Of a DNA stretch of 40,275 nucleotides, positions 25,028 through 32,034 are shown one piece after another. Source of the stretch: an uncultured Bacilli bacterium (lineage in GTDB: Bacteria > Bacillota_I > Bacilli_A > RF39 > UBA660); NCBI GenBank assembly GCA_944345045.1, contig CALVMI010000022.1:1-40275 (forward strand), given 5' to 3'. Below the pieces are notes generated by a model. That model saw only the letters and a list, made by a program, of their open reading frames with translations, was not told the origin of the DNA and made no database searches. Position 1 is the stretch's first letter; each line of letters opens with the position of its first letter. Position numbers and translations under genes: made by a program.

Positions 25028-26310
25028 AAGAAATAATCTTAAAAGGATTAGACGAAAAAATATATTATGATGAATGTGAAAATGGTTTAAAAATTTATAT
25101 TTGGAAAAAAGAAAATGTAAATACATTTAAAGGGACACTTGTTTTTCCGTGTGGAGCGGAGCAAGTAAGTTTTAAAGTTCATAATCAAAAAAAATCCGTT
25201 CCATTTGGAACAGCTCATTATCTTGAACACATTTTATGTAAAAATGAAGATGGAAGTTCTCTTCTTGGGCAATTTAACGCTTTAAATAGTTATAGTAATG
25301 CCGCGACATATCCAGATCGTACAGCATATGAATTTGTCGGAACAGATGATATTTATGCCAACTTGAACTTATTATTAGATTCCATTCAAGAAAAAAAGTT
25401 TTCCAAAGAAGCTTTTGAAAGTGAAAGAGGACCAATTTTAGAAGAAGAAAGAATGCGCAGAGACGATGCAAATCGCCTTTCATTTTACAAAATCAATTCT
25501 TGTCTTTTTCATACATATCCTAATCGCGTGAGTGGTCTTGGAACCGAAGAAGATATCAAATCGATTACTTTAGAAGATCTAGAAACATTTTATAATACCT
25601 TTTACCATCCTAAAAACAGCTTTTTAATCGTTACAGGGAACGTAGATCCTTTAAAAGTTTTTAATTTTATAAAAGAAAAAGAAAAAACGAAAAAGTTTCC
25701 TCTTTGGGAAAAGCCTACATTTCCAAGATTTAATGAGCCCAAAACTGTTGTAAAAAACTATGAAGAAATTCATGCTAATGTAGAGGTTCCAAAAGTATAT
25801 GTTTCATTAAAAGTTCCAATAGATGCTTTACCAAAGAAAAATATTTTATTTTTACAGATTGTTTTACAATTGGTTTTAGAATCAAATTTTGGTTCAACTT
25901 CAACTCTAAAAGAAGAGTTACTAACGAAAAAACAAATTAGTACTTTGGGTACAAGTGTTGATTGGGAACGTAAATTCTTTGTTTTAAAAGTTGTCTCGCA
26001 AACTAAATATCCAGAAAAAGTCATTCCAATATTACAAGCAAGAATGAAAAAATTACTAGTGCAAGAAGAGGATATTTTTAGAAAGATAAAATCAGAAATT
26101 GCTAACTTAGTCTTAGGATTTGAAGACATAGAAACAGTTAATGATTGGCTGGGCTATACTTTGACAACTTATGGAAAAATCATAACCAATGAAAAACAAA
26201 TTTTAGAAAGTATCACAATCCAAGATGTCCAAAACATTATGGAAAAAGTAGAGACAGACCAAATGAATACTTTTGTGATGCTTCCATTAAAAAAAGGTGA
26301 TGAAAATTAA
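25024..26310 (+). CDS. M16-family zinc peptidase (active-site subunit)
   Basis: The inverted zinc motif HYLEH is present (GTAHYLEHIL). The TTG start overlaps the upstream stop (TTGA), with RBS GAAGGTGAAG. Confidence 0.8.
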   Translation: MKEIILKGLDEKIYYDECENGLKIYIWKKENVNTFKGTLVFPCGAEQVSFKVHNQKKSVPFGTAHYLEHILCKNEDGSSLLGQFNALNSYSNAATYPDRTAYEFVGTDDIYANLNLLLDSIQEKKFSKEAFESERGPILEEERMRRDDANRLSFYKINSCLFHTYPNRVSGLGTEEDIKSITLEDLETFYNTFYHPKNSFLIVTGNVDPLKVFNFIKEKEKTKKFPLWEKPTFPRFNEPKTVVKNYEEIHANVEVPKVYVSLKVPIDALPKKNILFLQIVLQLVLESNFGSTSTLKEELLTKKQISTLGTSVDWERKFFVLKVVSQTKYPEKVIPILQARMKKLLVQEEDIFRKIKSEIANLVLGFEDIETVNDWLGYTLTTYGKIITNEKQILESITIQDVQNIMEKVETDQMNTFVMLPLKKGDEN

Positions 26311-26672
26311 TCACCTTTTAAAATGCTATAAACTTCATCAGGGGTCTTCTCATTTTTTCCCTTTTGTTCAGGACATAAATGGAGATGCACATGCTTAATA
26401 TCTTGCAAAGAGCCATAGTTAAAATTATAGCTTATCCCATTTTTATGTAGTTTTTCTAAAATCATACTTCCTACATTGTGAGCAATGTTAAACATTTCTT
26501 TTAATTCTTCAGCACTTAATTTAGTAAAATCTTCAATATGTTTTTTAGGAATTACTAAAGAATGTCCTTCTTTTGTTTGATCTAAATCAAGAATAGCTAA
26601 GTATTTTTCATCTTCATAAAGGATGTTTGATGGTATTTCTCCTTTGGAAATTTTACAAAAAATACAATCCAT
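26307..26672 (-). CDS. HIT-family (histidine triad) nucleotide hydrolase
   Basis: Histidine triad HVHLHLCP and an N-terminal CIFCKI zinc-binding-type motif. Confidence 0.9.
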   Translation of the reverse strand: MDCIFCKISKGEIPSNILYEDEKYLAILDLDQTKEGHSLVIPKKHIEDFTKLSAEELKEMFNIAHNVGSMILEKLHKNGISYNFNYGSLQDIKHVHLHLCPEQKGKNEKTPDEVYSILKGD

Positions 26673-26705
26673 TTCTATCTCTTCCTTTCTTTAGGTAATT
26701 ATAGC

Positions 26706-26733
26706 ACATTTCTTGGGTGTTTTGCATAGATTA
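26706..26733 (+). promoter_or_regulatory. Candidate mother-cell (sigma-K-type) promoter upstream of cotE
   Basis: AC (26706-26707), 17 nt, then CATAGATTA (26725-26733), compared with the B. subtilis sigma-K consensus AC-N16-17-CATAnnnTA. It lies 19 nt upstream of the cotE ATG. Confidence 0.3.
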
Positions 26734-26751
26734 CTATAGAGGTGAATGTAA

Positions 26752-27273
26752 ATGGCTAATTATAAGGAAATTGTGACAAAAGCCGTGATTGGTAAAGCTA
26801 AAAAAACAAATCAAATGCACTTTTCTTTTACTCCAGATGAATCTGTTGACACTGTCTTAGGTTGCTGGGTAATTAATCATAATTTTTCTGGAAAGAACGA
26901 ATCAGGAAAGGTAGGGGTTACAGGTTCATTTGACGTAAATGTTTGGTATGCGTATGATAATGATACGAAAACCAAAGTAAATACCAAAAAATTTGGTTAT
27001 AATGAATTATTAAACGTTCCTTTAAAAGACGAGGCAACCCTAACAAATAGCTCTGAGATTATTGTTCGTAGCTTAAAACAACCTAGTGTTATAAATGTTT
27101 CCGTTGTAGACGGAAATATCGTTCTAGATATCGAAAAGGAATTAGGTGTTGAAATTGTTGGCGATACGAAAATAAAAGTTCCAGTTGAAGACGATTTTGA
27201 TGATTATGAAGAAATTGTAGATGAACAAGATGTGGAAAACATTGATGAAGTAAATGAAGATTACTTATCATAA
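26752..27273 (+). CDS. cotE: Spore coat morphogenetic protein CotE
   Basis: MANYKEIVTKAVIGKAKK...LGCWVINHNF...FDVNVWYAYDNDTKTKV, with an acidic C-terminal tail. This is collinear with B. subtilis CotE as I recall it (MSEYREIITKAVVAKGRK...GGWIINH...YDINVWYSY). Confidence 0.8.
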   Translation: MANYKEIVTKAVIGKAKKTNQMHFSFTPDESVDTVLGCWVINHNFSGKNESGKVGVTGSFDVNVWYAYDNDTKTKVNTKKFGYNELLNVPLKDEATLTNSSEIIVRSLKQPSVINVSVVDGNIVLDIEKELGVEIVGDTKIKVPVEDDFDDYEEIVDEQDVENIDEVNEDYLS

Positions 27274-27294
27274 GGCGAGAAATCGTCTTTTTTT
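27274..27294 (+). terminator. Rho-independent terminator of cotE
   Basis: GGCGA-gaaa-TCGTC followed by T7. Confidence 0.5.
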
Positions 27295-27309
27295 AATAAC
27301 TAATACATA

Positions 27310-27356
27310 GGTGTCAACAAAAAAATGTTGACACCATTATCATTTAAGAGTAAAAT
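27310..27356 (+). promoter_or_regulatory. rpsP promoter (TTGACA-17-TAAAAT) embedded in a perfect 10-bp-arm palindrome
   Basis: GGTGTCAACA-aaaaaa-TGTTGACACC at 27310-27335. TTGACA at 27328-27333, a 17-nt spacer, and TAAAAT at 27351-27356. Confidence 0.55.
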
Positions 27357-27387
27357 AAAATCATCTTATGTAAAAGGAGGGAAAAAC

Positions 27388-27663
27388 ATGGCTGTTAAAC
27401 TAAGATTAAAAAGAATGGGTTCTAAAGCTAAACCATTTTATCGTATTGTCGCAGCAGACTCTAGAAGTCCACGTGATGGTCGTTTTTTAGAAACAATTGG
27501 AACATATGATCCAATTAAAGGAAATGATCGTGTTACTATTGATGAAGAAAAAACTTTAAAATGGTTAAATAATGGAGCTATTCCAACAGATACAGTACGT
27601 AGTATCTTAAGCAAACAAGGCATTATGAAAAAATATGCCGAAAATAAAAAAGTAGGTAAATAA
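27388..27663 (+). CDS. rpsP: 30S ribosomal protein S16
   Basis: [45 protein letters not shown] is AAAGGAGGG. Confidence 0.97.
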   Translation: MAVKLRLKRMGSKAKPFYRIVAADSRSPRDGRFLETIGTYDPIKGNDRVTIDEEKTLKWLNNGAIPTDTVRSILSKQGIMKKYAENKKVGK

Positions 27664-27664
27664 T

Positions 27665-27910
27665 ATGGAATTAAAAGACTATGCCGATTTTTTAGTGAAA
27701 AGTATATGTAAAGAAAAAGATCTTGTAAAAGTGAGTCAATATGAAAGCGAAGAAGAAGGTATCATTTTAGATGTTTTAATCCCTGAAAACGAGATGGGCG
27801 CGGTAATCGGCAAAGACGGAAGAAATGCTAAAGCTATTCGTACTTTATTAAATGCCTATGCTTATATTCATGAGTTAGGAAAGATAAAAGTAAATATTGA
27901 TTCTTTTTAG
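27665..27910 (+). CDS. KH-domain RNA-binding protein (YlqC family)
   Basis: 81 aa immediately after rpsP, with the GxxG loop in GAVIGKDGRNAKAIRTL. Confidence 0.9.
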   Translation: MELKDYADFLVKSICKEKDLVKVSQYESEEEGIILDVLIPENEMGAVIGKDGRNAKAIRTLLNAYAYIHELGKIKVNIDSF

Positions 27911-27937
27911 AAACGATTCTACGTTTCTTTTTTTTTG
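27909..27937 (+). terminator. Rho-independent terminator of rpsP-KH
   Basis: AGAAACG-attcta-CGTTTCT followed by T9. Confidence 0.65.
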
Positions 27938-27960
27938 GTTTCATGATACAATGATCATAG

Positions 27961-28404
27961 GTGAGGAATGTGAATAAAGGTTTTACATTAGTTGAATTAC
28001 TTGCAGTTATTGTTATCTTGGCTTTATTAGCAACAATTGCAGTTCCAAGTGCCATTGCCATTTCAAGTAGCATAAAAAAAGAACTTTATTGTAATAAAGT
28101 TGATATGCTTTTGACTGATGCCAAAAGGTGGGGAGATGAACATATAAGTAGACTTAGTGAAAGTTGTTTTCTACCCATTACCGTCGATTATTTGGTAGAA
28201 GAAGGTATCACGGCAAAAGAAAATGATACAGAAGGATCTTATATCATTAATCCTTATACGAATGAAGGGATGGATAATAATGTAATAGGTCTTTATATCA
28301 GAAATAATCGTGCACAAGCTTTTTATGTTGAAGAAAATGTCGAATTAGAAAATGCCTGTGATAATTCAGAAGTCACAGGTCGCCCAACAACAGCATGCCC
28401 ATAA
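27961..28404 (+). CDS. Prepilin-type N-terminal cleavage/methylation domain protein (type IV pilin/pseudopilin-like)
   Basis: Class III signal peptide: short basic leader, then G|FTLVELLAVIVILALLATIAVP with Glu at +5. The C-terminal globular part has 4 Cys. The start is GTG 27961 or GTG 27970. An extended -10 element TGaTACAAT lies at 27944-27952. Confidence 0.8.
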   Translation: MRNVNKGFTLVELLAVIVILALLATIAVPSAIAISSSIKKELYCNKVDMLLTDAKRWGDEHISRLSESCFLPITVDYLVEEGITAKENDTEGSYIINPYTNEGMDNNVIGLYIRNNRAQAFYVEENVELENACDNSEVTGRPTTACP

Positions 28405-28413
28405 ATAGAAATA

Positions 28414-28442
28414 TTTACTTTTAAAAAAAAGTTTGCTAAAAT
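28414..28442 (+). promoter_or_regulatory. Candidate sigma-A promoter of der (TTTACT-17-TAAAAT)
   Basis: TTTACT at 28414-28419, a 17-nt spacer, and TAAAAT at 28437-28442. Confidence 0.45.
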
Positions 28443-28475
28443 AACCTTACTTTATTAGAAAAGGGGGCAAAATGT

Positions 28476-29780
28476 ATGAAAACAGTTTGTTTAATAGGTA
28501 GGCCAAATACAGGAAAATCTAGTTTGTTTAATCGACTAATTGGCGAGAATCGTTCGATTATTTTAGACATGCCAGGTATTACACGAGATCGTATTTATGG
28601 TATAGCTCATTTTGAAAACAAAAGTTTTTCTTTAATTGACACTGGTGGTTTAGAATTAGGAAATGATGATTTTCGTGAAGATATTCGAATTCAAGCTACA
28701 TTTGCTATGGATGAAGCCGACTTGATTTTATTTGTTGTCGATGGCAAAACAGAGTTAAATCAAAGTGATTATATGATTCGCGATATGCTTTTAAAAGCTC
28801 AAAAAGAAGTTATTGTAGTCGTAAATAAGCTCGACAATAAACAACGTCTAGATGATATATATCGCTTTTATGAACTAGGATTTGAACATGTTTTAGGCAT
28901 TTCTGTTACGCATAAGCTGGGCATTAAAGAATTGCTTACACTTATCACGAAAGATATTCCACTTGACATGGAAAAAGAAAAAGAAGATATATGCCGTTTC
29001 TGTTTAATCGGTAGACCAAATGTTGGAAAGTCTTCTTTGGTAAATGCGTTATTAAACGAAGAAAGAGCCATTGTAAGTGAAATCGCAGGTACTACAAGAG
29101 ATGCAACAGACACTAAGTTCATGTATCATGGCAAAGAATATATTATGGTTGATACAGCCGGAATGCGAAAAAAAGGAAAAATATATGAAAGTGTCGAAAA
29201 ATACAGTTTACTTAGAAGTTTAAAAGCGATAGAAGATAGCGATGTTTGTGTAGTTGTAATCGATGCCAACGAAGGAATTACTCTCCATGATAAACATATT
29301 GCCGGGCTAGCCATTAGTTTAGGAAAAGCCATTGTATTATGTGTAAATAAATGGGATACAGTTACTGAAGAAAATGCTTTGAAAAAATGGCAAGAATTAA
29401 TGAAACATGAGTTTCAATTTGCAACTTATGCTCCGGTAGTATTTCTGTCTGCTTTAACGAAAAAAAGAATTCATTTACTAATGCCAGAAATTATTAAATC
29501 CTATGAAAATCATCATCGCGAGGTCAAAACATCTCTTTTAAATACCGTAATTAACGATGCAGTAGAGATGCACACACCTCCTTCATATAAGGGAAAACGT
29601 CTAAAAATATATTTTGTAAATGAAGAGGATACGCGACCTCCAAAATTTGTCTTTTACGTAAATGATAAAGGATTGATTCATTTTAGTTATGAAAGATATT
29701 TAGAAAACAAACTAAGGGAAAATTTTGATTTTACTGGAACACCAATTATTTTTAAATTTAAAAATCGTCACGAAGAATAA
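28476..29780 (+). CDS. der: Ribosome-biogenesis GTPase Der (EngA)
   Basis: Two tandem G domains (GRPNTGKSSLFNRL and GRPNVGKSSLVNAL), each with DTGG/DTAG and NKxD, followed by a KH-like C-terminus. Confidence 0.95.
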   Translation: MKTVCLIGRPNTGKSSLFNRLIGENRSIILDMPGITRDRIYGIAHFENKSFSLIDTGGLELGNDDFREDIRIQATFAMDEADLILFVVDGKTELNQSDYMIRDMLLKAQKEVIVVVNKLDNKQRLDDIYRFYELGFEHVLGISVTHKLGIKELLTLITKDIPLDMEKEKEDICRFCLIGRPNVGKSSLVNALLNEERAIVSEIAGTTRDATDTKFMYHGKEYIMVDTAGMRKKGKIYESVEKYSLLRSLKAIEDSDVCVVVIDANEGITLHDKHIAGLAISLGKAIVLCVNKWDTVTEENALKKWQELMKHEFQFATYAPVVFLSALTKKRIHLLMPEIIKSYENHHREVKTSLLNTVINDAVEMHTPPSYKGKRLKIYFVNEEDTRPPKFVFYVNDKGLIHFSYERYLENKLRENFDFTGTPIIFKFKNRHEE

Positions 29781-29794
29781 AAAAAGAAATCCTT

Positions 29795-30055
29795 TTAAGA
29801 CTTCATTTTTTCATCAACTCGTTTTTTAAAAACTTTCTTTTGCTTATCTTCTAAAATTAATTCAGTTATAGGAACCTTTAAGGCTTTAGCTAAGTTGGCT
29901 AGAAATTCCACACCAATGTTAATTTCACCCCGTTCAACACTGGCTAAATATTTAGGGTTTAAACCATATTCTTCATAAAATTTCTCTTGTGACATATTTT
30001 TCTGATAACGAATATAACGTAAATTATTGCCAATAGTCTTTTTTATATCTTGCAT
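29795..30055 (-). CDS. XRE-family HTH transcriptional regulator
   Basis: IGNNLRYIRYQKNMSQEKF...LASVERGEINIGVEFLANLAKAL. ATG 30055 is preceded by GAGG. Confidence 0.8.
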   Translation of the reverse strand: MQDIKKTIGNNLRYIRYQKNMSQEKFYEEYGLNPKYLASVERGEINIGVEFLANLAKALKVPITELILEDKQKKVFKKRVDEKMKS

Positions 30056-30179
30056 AGTAAACCTCATTTCTTATATAAATAGTCTATTGGTCAAAGTTGT
30101 GGATGTCCACCTAGTGATAACTACATAAAATTGACAATTTATTAGTTTTAGTATAAGATAAAATACTAATGGAGGAAGT

Positions 30180-30395
30180 ATGGAAAAGAAAAGTAAAAAC
30201 ATAAAATTAGAAAGTAAAAGATTAGAATATGGTTATACATATCAACAAATGGCCGACATGATCGGTGTGTGTAAATCATATTATTGGCAGCTTGAACATA
30301 ATAATCGTAGATTATATTATGATACAGCTAGAAAAATCGCGTCCATTTTTAATTTGAAACCAGATGATCTATTTTATAGTGATGCGTTAAAATAG
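30180..30395 (+). CDS. Small XRE-family HTH regulator (71 aa), paralog of 31234..31428
   Basis: YTYQQMADMIGVCKSYYWQLEHNNRRLYYDTARKIASIFNLKPDDLFY. RBS is GGAGGAAG. Confidence 0.8.
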   Translation: MEKKSKNIKLESKRLEYGYTYQQMADMIGVCKSYYWQLEHNNRRLYYDTARKIASIFNLKPDDLFYSDALK

Positions 30396-30426
30396 TTTTG
30401 GCATAGAATACTTTAGGAGGTATTCT

Positions 30427-30669
30427 ATGGAATTTGGCGAAAATTTTTTTAAGAAAGTAGAAAAGAAAACAAAAGTAAACAAAAATACAATTTTAGAGTT
30501 AGCAAATAAGTTACAAAACGGAAATATGAAAGATGAAAAAACTTTACGAGAAGTTATTCAAACCCTTAGTGATATGACCGGAAAAAAAGTTACAAAAGAA
30601 CGAGAAGATAAAATTATTGAAACGATTGTTCAAGATAAAGTACCTAAAGGTGTAGATAAAATGTTTTAA
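30427..30669 (+). CDS. Stage VI sporulation protein F (SpoVIF)-like small protein
   Basis: 80 aa. FFKKVEKKTKVNKNTILELANKLQNGNMKDEKTLREVIQTLSDMTGKKVTKEREDKII follows the SpoVIF family pattern as I remember it (FF..IEKKT.V......LA...QNANFKDE.TVR.VI). RBS is AGGAGG. Confidence 0.5.
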   Translation: MEFGENFFKKVEKKTKVNKNTILELANKLQNGNMKDEKTLREVIQTLSDMTGKKVTKEREDKIIETIVQDKVPKGVDKMF

Positions 30670-30697
30670 AAAAGTAGAGATTTTTCTCTACTTATTA
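30667..30697. terminator. Bidirectional terminator between convergent genes
   Basis: AGTAGAG-attttt-CTCTACT, flanked by an A run and a T-rich run. Confidence 0.55.
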
Positions 30698-31129
30698 TTT
30701 ACGGTTTAAAAGTTTATCTAAAGGATAAGAAAATTGTTTCGAAAATTCTAGAGCATACATTGTTGTTATTAAACATTTTCCCGTTTCATATTTATGAATG
30801 TTTGACTGTGTAGTTTGAAGAGCTTTAGCAACTTGTTCCTGTGTCATATGTTGTTTTTTCCGGAAAGTTCTTAAATTTTCAGCAACTTTATTAACATCAA
30901 TCGTTTTGCTTTTAGATTTGACTTTAGAATCATCATCAGATAAACCAGTTAAATAGTCTAGGCTAAGTTGATAGCTGTTTGCAACTTTAAAAAGTTGACG
31001 CAAAGGCATGATATCTTTACCAGTTTCCCATCCAGCATATGTTGCTCGTTGAACTTGGAGTATATCTGCGACATTTTGTTGTGTATATCCTTCATAATTT
31101 CTTCTTTCTTTCAATCTGTCAAAAATCAT
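30695..31129 (-). CDS. Tandem double-HTH XRE-family regulator
   Basis: Two HTH_3-like units (YTQQNVADILQVQRATYAGWETGK and MTQEQVAKALQTTQSNIHKYETGK) joined by an Asp/Ser/Lys-rich linker. ATG 31129 follows GGGTGA; alternative starts lie at 31135 and 31138. Confidence 0.8.
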   Translation of the reverse strand: MIFDRLKERRNYEGYTQQNVADILQVQRATYAGWETGKDIMPLRQLFKVANSYQLSLDYLTGLSDDDSKVKSKSKTIDVNKVAENLRTFRKKQHMTQEQVAKALQTTQSNIHKYETGKCLITTMYALEFSKQFSYPLDKLLNRK

Positions 31130-31185
31130 TTTCATCACCCATGATTATTTTCGCATTACTTTTTCCAGAAATTGTATTTTAGTGG

Positions 31186-31206
31186 GCATATATGATAAAT
31201 ATATGC
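31186..31206. promoter_or_regulatory. Operator-like palindrome GCATATAT-gataa-ATATATGC abutting a TATAAT box
   Basis: Perfect 8-bp arms at 31186-31193 and 31199-31206. TATAAT lies at 31207-31212, in the divergent intergenic region between two XRE genes. Confidence 0.5.
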
Positions 31207-31233
31207 TATAATTTGTTAAGAAGGTGAATTTAA

Positions 31234-31428
31234 TTGAAAAGATTTGAAAAATTATATCAAGAAAGAACAAAAAAATGTCTTTCTTATAAAGATATTGCTG
31301 ACAAAGTAGGAATTAGTTCTTCTTACTATTGGCAGCTTGAAAATAAACAAAGACGGCTGTTTTACGATTTAGCAGTTAAAATAGCTTCAGTTTTTCAACT
31401 GAAGCCAGATGATTTGTTTTATGAATAG
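31234..31428 (+). CDS. Small XRE-family HTH regulator (64 aa), paralog of 30180..30395
   Basis: LSYKDIADKVGISSSYYWQLENKQRRLFYDLAVKIASVFQLKPDDLFYE. The TTG start lies 7 nt after AAGGTGA. Confidence 0.75.
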   Translation: MKRFEKLYQERTKKCLSYKDIADKVGISSSYYWQLENKQRRLFYDLAVKIASVFQLKPDDLFYE

Positions 31429-31432
31429 CTTA

Positions 31433-31675
31433 TCAAATTTTGGTAAGTTTTTCTTTTTCTTTAAGTGAGAGCGGTTCATCTATTAAACCTAAAAGATAAT
31501 CAGCAGAGATATCTAAATATTTACATATCAAAGCTAAATAAGTAATTGGCATCACGTTGATGCCTTTTTCATAACGAGCATATTGCTGTTGTTTGATTCC
31601 TAAAGCTTGTGCAACTTCTTTTTGCGTTATATTTTTACAATCTCGAATCCATTGTAAACGATCTGTATAGTACAT
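31433..31675 (-). CDS. XRE-family HTH transcriptional regulator (80 aa)
   Basis: ITQKEVAQALGIKQQQYARYEKGINVMPITYLALICKYL. ATG 31675 is preceded by AGGTGA. Confidence 0.8.
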   Translation of the reverse strand: MYYTDRLQWIRDCKNITQKEVAQALGIKQQQYARYEKGINVMPITYLALICKYLDISADYLLGLIDEPLSLKEKEKLTKI

Positions 31676-31718
31676 AGCATCACCTACGATATTTATACTA
31701 TGATTTACAACAGAAAAG

Positions 31719-31747
31719 TTGAATGTTAAACACATGCGTTGTATAAT
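31719..31747 (+). promoter_or_regulatory. Strong consensus-like sigma-A promoter (TTGAAT-17-TATAAT) with no intact gene behind it
   Basis: TTGAAT at 31719-31724, a 17-nt spacer, and TATAAT at 31742-31747. It is divergent from the XRE gene at 31433-31675. Confidence 0.5.
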
Positions 31748-32034
31748 TTAATAGAGCGTATAAACGTAATGAAACAAGGGGATAGTAAAAAAGTAAAATG
31801 GTTATGCGTAAAAGAATTAAAAAATGGAACGAAGAATATAAGGAAGACTTAATATTGCAAAAGTTTCTCAAAGTTGGAATTCGTGGCTCGGGCATATTAG
31901 TCATGCAAATACTTATCATTTAATGGAAACATATAAAGATAAAATGAAATTTATGAAAAATATAATGGAAGAAAAATAAAAATACGTAATTATTTTTCTT
32001 TTTTTATCATATAGTGTTTTAGGTGATAGTTAAA

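Noticed and set aside
27325-27387. Long N-terminal extensions offered by the ORF track, for example S16 starting at 27325. The same applies to starts at 4514, 4997, 13361, 20160, 33954 and 38279.
   Set aside because: Internal ATG, GTG or TTG codons with proper Shine-Dalgarno spacing give N-termini matching the known families ([16 protein letters not shown] and others). The extensions run through promoters, terminators or a tRNA.
32008-32015. CATATAGT upstream of spoIVA as a sigma-E -10 box (consensus CATACAnT).
   Set aside because: It lies only about 20 nt from the ATG, so the predicted start would fall inside the AGGTGA ribosome-binding site. No convincing -35 element (kmATAtt) is present at the right spacing.
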